Shown: positions 48,699-59,562 of the stretch, in pieces | Layout: the number at the start of each line of letters is the position of its first letter | Position numbering within the stretch: the stretch's first letter is position 1 | From: Macrostomum hystrix | Taxonomy: Eukaryota; Animalia; Platyhelminthes | Assembly (NCBI GenBank): GCA_950097015.1 | Contig: CATNEN010000007.1 | Location: forward strand, 9,982,001-10,046,000 | Reading direction: 5' to 3' | Length of the DNA: 64,000 nt | The notes under the pieces: generated by a model | What the model saw: the letters and a program-made list of their open reading frames with translations, nothing else | What the model was told of the DNA's origin: nothing | The model's database searches: none | Made by a program: the position numbers and the translations under genes

Positions 48699-49647
48699 TC
48701 AGTATGAGCTGCCCGCAACCACCAGTGCTCAGTATGAGCTGCCCGCAACCACCAGTGCTCAGTATGAGCTGACCGCAAACACCAGTGCTCAGTATGAGCT
48801 GCCCGCAACCACCCAAACACCAGTGCTCAGTATGGAGCTGCCCGCAAACACCAGTGCTCAGTATGAGCTGACCTCAGCCACCCAACCACCGGTGCTCAGA
48901 ATGGTCACGGCTGTCCCCAACCACCGGTTCTCAGAATGGTCACAGCTGTCCCCAAACATCGGTGCTCAGAATGGTCACAGCTGTCCCCAACCACCGGTGC
49001 TCAGAATGGTCACAGCTGTCCCCAACCACCGGTGCTCAGAATGGTCACAGCTGTCCCCAAACATCGGTGCTCAGAATGGTCACAGCTGTCCCCAACCACC
49101 GGTGCTCAGAATGGTCACAGCTGTCCCCAAACATCGGTGCTCAGAATGGTCACAGCTGTCCCCAACCACCGGTGCTCAGAATGGTCACAGCTGTCCCCAA
49201 CCACCGGTGCTCAGAATGGTCACAGCTGTCCCCAAACATCGGTGCTCAGAATGGTCACAGCTGTCCCCAACCACCGGTGCTCAGAATGGTCACAGCTGTC
49301 CCCAAACATCGGTGCTCAGAATGGTCACAGCTGTCCCCAACCACCGGTGCTCAGAATGGTCACAGCTGTCCCCAAACATCGGTGCTCAGAATGGTCACAG
49401 CTGTCCCCAACCACCGGTGCTCAGAATGGTCACAGCTGTCCCCAACCACCGGTGCTCAGAATGGTCACAGCTGTCCCCAAACATCGGTGCTCAGAATGGT
49501 CACAGCTGTCCCCAACCACCGGTGCTCAGAATGGATACAGCTGTCCCCAACCACCGGTGCTCAGAATGGTCACAGCTGTCCCCAAACATCGGTGCTCAGA
49601 ATGGTCACAGCTGTCCCCAACCACCGGTGCTCAGAATGGATACAGCT
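48699..49647. repeat. bipartite 30-bp and 35-bp minisatellite (CCGGTGCTCAGAATGGTCACAGCTGTCCCCAACCA)n
   Basis: Direct reading. Confidence 0.96.
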
Positions 49648-50554
49648 GGCCTCCAATCACACATGCAAATTCAAATATAACAAAGCAAAGATTCACTTGT
49701 CCATAAAGCTTTTATAAAGGCACGGGAAATTATTTGGGTAAGAAAGAGAGATCGCATTTGGCACCCGCCGCTTCCATCCCGCTGCCACAGATTGACAGAT
49801 TGAGCAGCAGTACGCCCAGTGGCAGGCGCAGCAAGCTACAGGTAAACAGATATATTTATTCTAAAACAGGTGAACGAAAAACACCAAGCTTTAATTTGGC
49901 CTTCTAGAAAACGCCCCCGCAAAGTGATGGCGCGGTGTAAAACAGATAGTTTGATATAACAAATTGCCGATTCCATAAACAATCGTATTTAACGCGTACA
50001 TTAACTCCTACGTTGCTCGGTTTGCTGCTTAATAATAATAATAAAATGTGGAACAAGCATTGGGCGAGCATTTTGGAAGAGCTGACCAAAAAAGCTGGTC
50101 CTCGGAGACAAGGAAAGCTGAAGGCCAGAAAAATGGCTTCCGTTGTTGCTTGAAGGCCCTGCACAAAAAGCAAGAAAATAAGGTGGCAGAGAGATTTGAA
50201 AGTGTCGCTAGGCACGAAACACGCCTTAGCAACCGCATGGCAACAGCAGCTATGTAGGAGACAAACAGATCTGCAGCTTATCTGATTTGATTGGGCTCGT
50301 CATTTCATCCAGCGGATTATTCACCTCGAAATTATTTCGGGTTAAAGCCTCATTTCCCAACGAGGGAATCTGCTTGGGACTCTGAGTTCTATTAAAAAGG
50401 CCACCCAGCCCAGCAAATAATGGGAAGCATCACAGTGTGCATGTCGGAGTGAGCAGAGGGGGCAGGGCAGATTATGGGGGACAATCAGCTCAGAACAGGC
50501 ACAGTCGGAAATGGAGTGATCAAGGAAAATCCAGCAGCAGCAGCGCCAGCGATC

Positions 50555-50722
50555 TCAGTCGTCCTCGCGAACGCCGCGAGCCGGGCCCTTCTCAATCTGG
50601 TGGTCCAGCTCCTTCTTGGTCTCCTCCTCCCACTGTCTGATCTGCTCCATGGTGAGGCCGAACCACTGGTCCGTGCTGCAGAACACCTGCCTGTGGAAGT
50701 TCGTGAAGATCCGCCGCTCCAT
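50555..50722 (-). CDS. PITPNA: PITP exon 4 (terminal)
   Basis: MERRIFTNFHRQVFCSTDQWFGLTMEQIRQWEEETKKELD...EDD*. Total CDS 843 nt, 280 aa. Confidence 0.95.
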   Translation of the reverse strand: MERRIFTNFHRQVFCSTDQWFGLTMEQIRQWEEETKKELDHQIEKGPARGVREDD

Positions 50723-50757
50723 CTGCAAGGCGGCGGGACCTTGGTGAGGCACTACAA

Positions 50758-51947
50758 AGATGGGTCAGGCTAGTGAAGATGGGTCAGGCTAGTGAAGATG
50801 GGTCAGGCTAGTGAGGATGTGTCAGGCTAGTGAAGATGGGTCAGGCTAGTGAGGATGTGTCAGGCTAGTGAAGATGGGTCAGGCTAGTGAGGATGTGTCA
50901 GGCTAGTGAAGATGGGTCAGGCTAGTGAAGATGGGTCAGGCTAGTGAAGATGGGTCAGGCTAGTGAGGATGGGTCAGGCTAGTGAAGATGGGTCAGGCTA
51001 GTGAGGATGTGTCAGGCTAGTGAAGATGGGTCAGGCTAGTGAAGATGGGTCAGGCTAGTGAAGATGGGTCAGGCTAGTGAAGATGTGTCAGGCTAGTGAA
51101 GATGGGTCAGGCTAGTGAGGATGTGTCAGGCTAGTGAAGATGGGTCAGGCTAGTGAAGATGGGTCAGGCTAGTGAGGATGTGTCAGGCTAGTGAAGATGG
51201 GTCAGGCTAGTGAAGATGGGTCAGGCTAGTGAGGATGTGTCAGGCTAGTGAAGATGGGTCAGGCTAGTGAAGATGGGTCAGGCTAGTGAAGATGGGTCAG
51301 GCTAGTGAGGATGGGTCAGGCTAGTGAAGATGGGTCAGGCTAGTGAGGATGTGTCAGGCTAGTGAAGATGGGTCAGGCTAGTGAAGATGGGTCAGGCTAG
51401 TGAAGATGGGTCAGGCTAGTGAAGATGGGTCAGGCTAGTGAAGATGTGTCAGGCTAGTGAAGATGGGTCAGGCTAGTGAGGATGTGTCAGGCTAGTGAAG
51501 ATGGGTCAGGCTAGTGAAGATGGGTCAGGCTAGTGAAGATGGGTCAGGCTAGTGAGGATGGGTCAGGCTAGTGAAGATGGGTCAGGCTAGTGAAGATGGG
51601 TCAGGCTAGTGAGGATCGGTCAGGCTAGTGAGGATGGGTCAGGCTAGTGAGGATCGGTCAGGCTAGTGAAGATGGGTCAGGCTAGTGAGGATCGGTCAGG
51701 CAAGTGAGGATGGGTCAGGCTAGTGAGGATGGGTCAAGCTAATGTGAATGGTTCAGGCAAAGGTGAATGGGTCAGGCAAAGGTGAATAGGTTAGGCAAAG
51801 GTGAATGGGTCAGGCAAAGGTGAATAGGTTAGGCAAAGGTGAATGGGTCAGGCAAATGTGAATGGGTCAGGCAAAGGTGAATAGGTTAGGCAAAGGTGAA
51901 TGGGTCAGGCAAAGGTGAATGGGTCAGGCAAAGGTGAATGGGTCAGG
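50758..51947. repeat. bipartite 19-bp minisatellite filling PITP intron 3
   Basis: (GATGGGTCAGGCTAGTGAA)n grading into (GTCAGGCAAAGGTGAATGG)n. Confidence 0.97.
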
Positions 51948-52031
51948 AAAATATGGATTAAGTCGGAGGCAAATACTGGATTCCCCAAACTGCAGCAACC
52001 CCATCTTCCCAGAGCCTTGAGCAGTGCTCAC

Positions 52032-52473
52032 AGTGTGAATGAAGCTCTCAATGCGGCCCTGCAGGCCGAACCATTTGAACTCGCAGGTGACCAGCTTGTA
52101 GGCGCACATGACCGGGCCTTCGTAGCTCTGCCACCAGGGCTTGTCGGTGAGCGGCCCGCGGCCGGTCTTGGTGGATTTGTACAGCTTGGGATCGAATTCG
52201 CGTTTGTAGTCGCCTTGCGAGTACAGCTTGTCGTTGGCGATGTCAATGTACACGACCTCGCGCTTCTGCAGCAGGTTGGGCGGCAGCTGGTGCACATTCT
52301 CCTGAATGCCGGCATCCTGGGCGTGCATTGACTCGATTTTAATAAAGAAATTGTCCTTCATGTAGCCGGGGTTCTCCACCACCGTGCGGCAGTAGGGATA
52401 GGCATTCCAGGCAGTCTCCGTCATCTCCAGAGAGCCGGAGGGCGCCAGCAGGCGGATGAACTTCGGCACCTTG
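52032..52473 (-). CDS. PITPNA: PITP exon 3
   Basis: KVPKFIR...ETAWNAYPYCRT...KTGRGPL...MCAYKLVTCEFKWFGLQ. Inositol-binding residues equivalent to E86/N90/K195 are retained. Phase 2-0. Confidence 0.96.
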
Positions 52474-52518
52474 CTGGACGGAATGAATGCCGATGGCATC
52501 TTGAGCGACAATGTGACT

Positions 52519-53038
52519 ACTCACAGAATCTTCAGGGAAGGTGTGAATACAGACGGAATCTTCAGGGAAGGTGTGAATACAGACGGAATCTTCAGGGAAG
52601 GTGTGAATACTCACAGAATCTTCAGGGAAGGTGTGAATACTGACGGAATCTTCAGGGAAGGTGTGAATACTGACGGAATCTTCAGGGAAGGTGTGAATAC
52701 TGACGGAATCTTCAGGGAAGGTGCGAATGCTGACGGAATCTTCAGGGAAGGTGTGAATACTGACGGAATCTTCAGGGAAGGTGTGAATACTGACGGAATC
52801 TTCAGGGAAGGTGCGAATACTGACAGAAACTTCAGGGAAGGTGTGAATACAGACAGAAACTTCAGGGAAGGTGTGAATACAGACAGAAACTTCAGGGAAG
52901 GTGTGAATACTGACGGAATCTTCAGGGAAGGTGTGAATACTCACAGAATCTTCAGGGAAGGTGTGAATACTCACAGAATCGTCAGGGAAGGTGTGAATAC
53001 TGACAGAATCTTCAGGAAAGGTGTGAATACTGACGGAA
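52519..53038. repeat. 30-bp minisatellite (GAATCTTCAGGGAAGGTGTGAATACTGACG)n
   Basis: About 17 copies, PITP intron 2. Confidence 0.97.
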
Positions 53039-53591
53039 CCTTCATTTCTGCACTAATAGCTGATACGCACTACTAACACAAGTAGAGGCTCAATGATAGC
53101 TTCGTATGCTCGTTTATCTAAATCACGCATTTCGCTCGTGAAAGTGCACAAATCTGAAACTGCTCGAGCGCACACTGCTGCACTGCAGTGAAGGCGGGTT
53201 AAGGGTCAGTTTGCTTAGCTACATGCAGCTGTGAGCTGAGAGATACAAGAATGACAGGTAAGCGGCTAGCTCATGAGCTGCACTCAGAAATTCTACCTAG
53301 CCAGCAGACTCGGGCGAAGTCGAGTTGAGAAAGATGCCTTACCTTACCTATGCAGCAGATCCAAAGCTGCTTTGTTTAAACACAGACAGGGACAGACCAC
53401 GGGCAGAGCTGACACCCCCTCAAAGCAAGCACAAAAGAGATCTTCTTTGAGCACTCAACCTCCTCATTAAAGATAAAAAACGGTCACTGCCCAAACCTTA
53501 GCTGAATCACAATGCCAGTGGCAGGGTGTCACGGTGCTGCCATGGCTGTCTGTGTACACTAGGCAAAATGAAAGAACAACGAATGAGATAG

Positions 53592-55381
53592 CTGGAGTAC
53601 TAAAACACCATGTGGAAGTGGGTGAAGGCTGGAGTACTAAAACACCATGTGGAAGTGGGTGAAGGCTGGGTACTAAAACACCATGTGGAAGTGGGTGAAG
53701 GCTGGGTACTAAAACACCATGTGGAAGTGGGTGAAGGCTGGAGTACTAAAACACCATGTGGAAGTGGGTGAAGGCTGGGTACTAAAACACCATGTGGAAG
53801 TGGGTGAAGGCTGGGTACTAAAACACCATGTGGAAGTGGGTGAAGGCTGGGTACTAAAACACCATGTGGAAGTGGGTGAAGGCTGGGTACTAAAACACAG
53901 AGTGGAAGTGGGTGATGGCTGGAGTACTGAAACACAGAGTGGAAGTGGGTGATGGCTGGGTACTAAAACACCATGTGGAAGTGGGTGAAGGCTGGGTACT
54001 AAAACACCATGTGGAAGTGGGTGAAGGCTGGAGTACTAAAACACCATGTGGAAGTGGGTGAAGGCTGGGTACTAAAACACCATGTGGAAGTGGGTGAAGG
54101 CTGGGTACTAAAACACCATGTGGAAGTGGGTGAAGGCTGGGTACTAAAACACCATGTGGAAGTGGGTGATGGCTGGGTACTAAAACACCATGTGGAAGTG
54201 GGTGAAGGCTGGGTACTAAAACACCATGTGGAAGTGGGTGAAGGCTGGGTACTAAAACACCATGTGGAAGTGGGTGAAGGCTGGGTACTAAAACACCATG
54301 TGGAAGTGGGTGAAGGCTGGGTACTAAAACACTATGTGGAAGTGGGTGATGGCTGGGTACTAAAACACCATGTGGAAGTGGGTGATGGCTGGGTACTAAA
54401 ACACCATGTGGAAGTGGGTGAAGGCTGGGTACTAAAACACCATGTGGAAGTGGGTGAAGGCTGGGTACTAAAACACCATGTGGAAGTGGGTGAAGGCTGG
54501 GTACTAAAACACCATGTGGAAGTGGGTGAAGGCTGGGTACTAAAACACCATGTGGAAGTGGGTGATGGCTGGGTACTAAAACACCATGTGGAAGTGGGTG
54601 ATGGCTGGGTACTAAAACACCATGTGGAAGTGGGTGAAGGCTGGAGTACTAAAACACCATGTGGAAGTGGGTGAAGGCTGGGTACTAAAACACCATGTGG
54701 AAGTGGGTGAAGGCTGGGTACTAAAACACCATGTGGAAGTGGGTGAAGGCTGGAGTACTAAAACACCATGTGGAAGTGGGTGAAGGCTGGGTACTAAAAC
54801 ACCATGTGGAAGTGGGTGAAGGCTGGGTACTAAAACACCATGTGGAAGTGGGTGAAGGCTGGGTACTAAAACACCATGTGGAAGTGGGTGAAGGCTGGAG
54901 TACTGAAACACAGAGTGGAAGTGGGTGAAGGCTGGAGTACTAAAACACCATGTGGAAGTGGGTGAAGGCTGGAGTACTAAAACACCATGTGGAAGTGGGT
55001 GAAGGCTGGAGTACTAAAACACCATGTGGAAGTGGGTGAAGGCTGGAGTACTAAAACACCATGTGGAAGTGGGTGAAGGCTGGAGTACTAAAACACCATG
55101 TGGAAGTGGGTGAAGGCTGGGTACTAAAGCACCATGTGGAAGTGGGTGAAGGCTGGAGTACTGAAACACAGAGTGGAAGTGGGTGAAGGCTGGAGTACTG
55201 AAACACAGAGTGGAAGTGGGTGATGGCTGGAGTACTGAAACACAGAGTGGAAGTGGGTGATGGCTGGAGTACTGAAACACAGAGTGGAAGTGGGTGAAGG
55301 CTGGAGTACTGAAACACAGAGTGGAAGTGGGTGATGGCTGGAGTACTGAAACACAGAGTGGAAGTGGGTGAAGGCTGGAGT
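53592..55381. repeat. 36/37-bp minisatellite (GGCTGGGTACTAAAACACCATGTGGAAGTGGGTGAA)n
   Basis: About 49 copies, PITP intron 2. Confidence 0.97.
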
Positions 55382-55452
55382 GACTGAAGTTAGTGAGAGT
55401 AAGATTAACAGCCCTAGAGACATTTGCATGTGCAAGTCAACAAGGTACTCAC

Positions 55453-55668
55453 TTCTGCAGTTTGTAGATCTTGTAGGTATATTGCCCAGTCTCTCGGTTG
55501 CCAAGCAATGGCGTCTTTGGCGGCCACTTACCAGCGGAAACATCAAAGGGTTCATTGTGCACCACCACAATGCCCTCACCACCACCAGTCTCGTTTTTGG
55601 AGGCCTCGGCCACTGAGTAGAGCTGCGCGATCTGGTACTCCTCTACTGTCATTGGCAGAATCACGCGA
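55453..55668 (-). CDS. PITPNA: PITP exon 2
   Basis: [33 protein letters not shown]...[11 protein letters not shown]| ... AA|GTGAGT. Phase 2-2. Confidence 0.95.
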
Positions 55669-56412
55669 CTAGGTGGTATTGTAACAATAGTTCATTGCTT
55701 AATCAATAGACATCACAATTTAAAGGACCAGAAACCAAGTTCTACATATTCTTCTACAATCCAAAATCAATGTATGAACAAAAAATAGTTATTGTGACAA
55801 GAGCTAGAGCTGCTTTGCAACTTTGTGATTAATAGAAGAGCTTGACTTGACTTTGTGTGAGTAGCCGCCCTAGGGCTATTTCATGTCTATGGCTCAAAAT
55901 ATGGAGTCCCATTGTGATTTTGAATGGCATACAGAGCTAAAATAGTGAAAACTACAAGGTTGCAATAGTTGACAGATCAACAACTAATGGAATTATACAG
56001 ATATGGAAACAATAGTAAGAGAAAATAATAGGAAAAAGGGTAGGCCATACTAATAAAGATTAACAATGCTAGATTTAAACAAAGACAAAATTATTATCCA
56101 GTTTAGGAGAATAATTAAAAAAATCAAAGAGAAAAGGTGACATTAGAAAAAGAATAACATTTTTGCCAAAATTTAGAATTTTTCTTGACTTTCTAATTAT
56201 TCTTATTTTCCTAGATATTTGATCACCACCAGCACAGCAGGCATCATACTACTTTGTGTTTTGTGTTTTTTACTGATTCATGTATATGTATACACAGCCT
56301 TTTAGGCAATATTTTATTAGTTAATGGTGTGAATGAAAGTGAGCTGAAATTGAAAAATTACTATAACAACTATAAATTATTCACATTATTCTTTAGATAT
56401 TTGAATCTTCAA

Positions 56413-56544
56413 TCAAATAAACTAAAAATGAAAATCTTGGTTGGTTGCTTGTAATTGATTTTCTCCGAAATGGCTCGACCGATTTTCACAATGTCTTCAC
56501 CAAAAGATGCCAAATATGGGGACAATTATACACATATTTTTTAT
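56413..56544 (+). mobile_element. solo 5-prime fragment of the same Helitron family, in PITP intron 1
   Basis: ACTAAAAATGAAAATCTTGGTTGG...CCGATTTTCAC...CAAAAGATGCCAAATATGGGGACAATTATACAC matches the divergent array units at about 21903 and 25620. Confidence 0.8.
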
Positions 56545-56867
56545 GATACTAAAGTGAAGAAAATTTGTGTTGACAAAAAGGAACAGTTGTCCTTAAATAA
56601 TTATGTGTGACTGTCTCTTGGTCTTAAATGACTAGTCAATGAAACTTCCATCATTCTTCTAAATTTCCATGAAAGAAACAATGAAACACATTGATTACAA
56701 TTAAAAAATTACTGTCACTTTACACAAAAATGACTTGCGACCCACAATAATAAGCAAATGAATGTGTATAGGCAAAACAATACAACAACCAATAATTAGC
56801 TAACACAACTAAAAAATCATCATTTTACTTTAGTAAACTGCAACGTGGCAGCACAAAAATTACTTAC

Positions 56868-56884
56868 TATTCTTTAATTAGCAT
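56868..56884 (-). CDS. PITPNA: class I phosphatidylinositol transfer protein, coding exon 1
   Basis: ATG CTA ATT AAA GAA TA|GTAAGT gives MLIKE(Y), matching the PITP N-terminus. Phase 2 fits exon 2. Alpha versus beta cannot be assigned. Confidence 0.85.
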
Positions 56885-57954
56885 TTTGTCAGTTGCTGTT
56901 TCACAATTCAAGGCTCAAAGACTCAAAAAGTTGAGACTCAAAAGCTAAATTTTATTTAAAAGAACAAATATTTGACAGCAAACTAGATCAGCAATAACTT
57001 ATTTATATAAAAAATGAAACACTTATATATATTTATATAAAGTTTTACGAGGAACATACAACAGTAAAGAACAATTACAAAAAGGGTGGTACAACTTTTC
57101 GTATATTTTACCGTTCTTTAAACGAGATCTTGCATTCATAGATTCTAACGTTTTAACAAGGTAAAATACTTTTATACAAATTCTACATTTTCTAGACAAA
57201 CACAAGAATTCATTACAAATTTATTAGCAAGTAAACTAAAAACAGAAAGCGTTAATAGGCTTCTTCTTTTTATGCATTCTTTTGACTGTAAACTGGTAAA
57301 ATTGATCCAAGTCCGAATCCGGAAAAGTAGAAGTTGTGGTATTTCCTTAGTGAATGTTCTTCTAACTTATAACTAGAAAGATATTTAGCTAATTGCATGG
57401 CTTTGGTGATGTTGTATTGATAAAGTTTCTGTTATGCTTCTAATCGAAAAAGTTTTTTCCATCAGAGTCAACTAAATCGTGCGTCTTGATTGCGTTGTAT
57501 CATTGTTCAGTTACGACGCATAAGGCGTCAGTGCATTCCTATCCAGTCAAAAGGACCTATTTGTATTTTCTGCATTTGTAGGCTTCTAACTACAGTGCAT
57601 GTATACGAGCTAGATATCGCTATGCATGCAATTTACTGCAATCAGTATTTCATACCACGACTACATGAAGGGTAATGAGGTATGTGGTATTTAACATGCA
57701 GAAATAAATGTTTACGCTCAGTACATGCAAAAGCAGTGCTTTGAAGTCCATTAAAAGCTTGACGCGTCATAAGAATAAATCCCCGCGACCAGAAAGTTTC
57801 CTTAACTGCAGATAAAGAATTAACATGTACAGATTTCAAAGGAAAATAAAACTTTACTGCTCATAATGATATGTAAATTCATTTCACTGTATTGAGACGC
57901 ATCCAATACTGTACAATACCGTAAAGACGGTCCTAGCTGACCAGGCTAGGCCGA

Positions 57955-58880
57955 TCTGAGCATCTCCATCCTGGCTGTTCAAGAGCACCGCAGGAGCTGT
58001 GAATGAGCGCGGACTTGGGCCTCGGGTGGCAATTCAGCTAGGTTTACTCCCGATTCGCCGAATCCCGATTCGCCGAAATTCCTGATTCGCCGAATCCCGA
58101 TTCGCCGAAATTCCCGCTTCGCCGAATTCCCGATTTTCCGAAATTCCTAACTCTCGAATCCTGATTCGCTGAATCCTGATTCAATGCATCTTACTTTATC
58201 ATAAATTAAAATTAAACCACATAACCATTGCCCTCTTTGAGTGTTGCTCAAATATTGGAACTCTATTTCTATTGTATTGAAATTAAAAAAAAATGAACTT
58301 TAATGAAATGCAGTTTCTTCATTCATTAACTTTCTGGAACGTAGATTGAGTGAGCAAAGAAGAACATCACACACGTACTTCGGAAAAAGCAAAACTTGCT
58401 GGACATCCTTGTAGAGCCGAAAGTACATGTGTAATGAGGTACTGTAGCTCAGCAAAAATGTTCTTAGCAATTTTTTCGGCAAAGAGGGAATTCGGCGAAT
58501 CAGGAATCGGCGAATCGGGATTCGGCGAATTGGGAATTTCGGCAAATCGGGATTCGGCGAATCGGGAATCGGCGAATCGGGAATCGGCGAATCGGGAATC
58601 GGCGAATCGGGAATCGGCGAATCGGGAATCGGCGAATCGGGAATCGGCGAATCGGGATTCGGCAATTCAAGACAGTCCCGGCCACGCCTCGGGGCACCGA
58701 AGGCATTGGATTTCTGCTCTCGCCTCCGAGCGCCTCGGACACGCGTCATTCGCCCTGAATGATCGGTCCCTGCATGTGTTCTGCGTCTACGCACCCACAG
58801 CCCCTAGAACCAGCGAAGATCCGGCAGAGACAGATGCCCTGTACGAAGCTCTAGTCCACCTGCTCGACTCTATTCCTGCT
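57955..58880 (+). pseudogene. degenerate non-LTR retrotransposon AP-endonuclease fragment, interrupted by the foldback element
   Basis: Motifs ILAVQEHR, GWQF...GTEGIGFLLSP, SERL and VFCVYAPT...DALYEAL...LDSIP occur in order, with frameshifts. Confidence 0.75.
58037..58660. mobile_element. foldback/MULE-like non-autonomous element with sub-repeated inverted arms
   Basis: Left arm (CCGATTCGCCGAATC)n at 58049-58180, right arm inverted at 58487-58660, AT-rich core. Flanked by the direct repeat GGCAATTCA (58028-58036 and 58661-58669). Confidence 0.7.
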
Positions 58881-59562
58881 CTATTCCTCGCTGGCTTAGG
58901 CAAAAAACACGAGTTCGAGTTCCTCGAGACGCTGTCAGATAATAAAAGAATTACCTTTAGCACGTTCTAAGCTTGTGTATCTTTCAGTTCGAAGGGCTGT
59001 AACTGACTGCCGACTAAGGAGCTAAGATGCAACTTATCTGCTTTGTAGTTGCACCTATTGACCCGCTTTTGTCTATACAGTGATTTTCATTGAATAAACT
59101 TTCTTCTAAGATGATAAAATTCCTCGATCAGAATTCTTATCTTAAAGTTTGTTTCTTTAAGCATTTTTCTAAAAATAAGTGTTGCATAGAAAGGACGTAC
59201 AACGGTACAATACGCAAGCATGACGTGCGTTCTGGCGTTTTAATCAAGTCTGGACACTGCACGTTTCTCGGTAGGTCTATTCGGTGCAGGGCAGATTTCA
59301 GCTTTCTATACGCAACTGACTCACAGCACAGTGCATGTTGGGGCATATAATAAGATCCACATTGGGTTGGAGATATGGAGCCGCGGGTGAGAAATGTACA
59401 GAGTGCAGCCCCACCGAGTACTATAGCAGCTACAGCGTGCGGCGAGGACCTCATGCACGGTGCTGGCAGTTGTACAGCAGTTTCAAGCCTTAATTACAGA
59501 GCCCTCCATTTATCGCACACTAAAGCTGTGCTGGGTATCCGACTGCAGCGCCAAATAGCAAT

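Noticed and set aside
244-55317. Dozens of long repetitive ORFs (e.g. 5715-6743, 14583-15857, 28182-29949, 37885-38710, 48667-49717, 54009-54674)
   Set aside because: These are translations of stop-free minisatellite units, open in several frames and on both strands, and most lie in introns.
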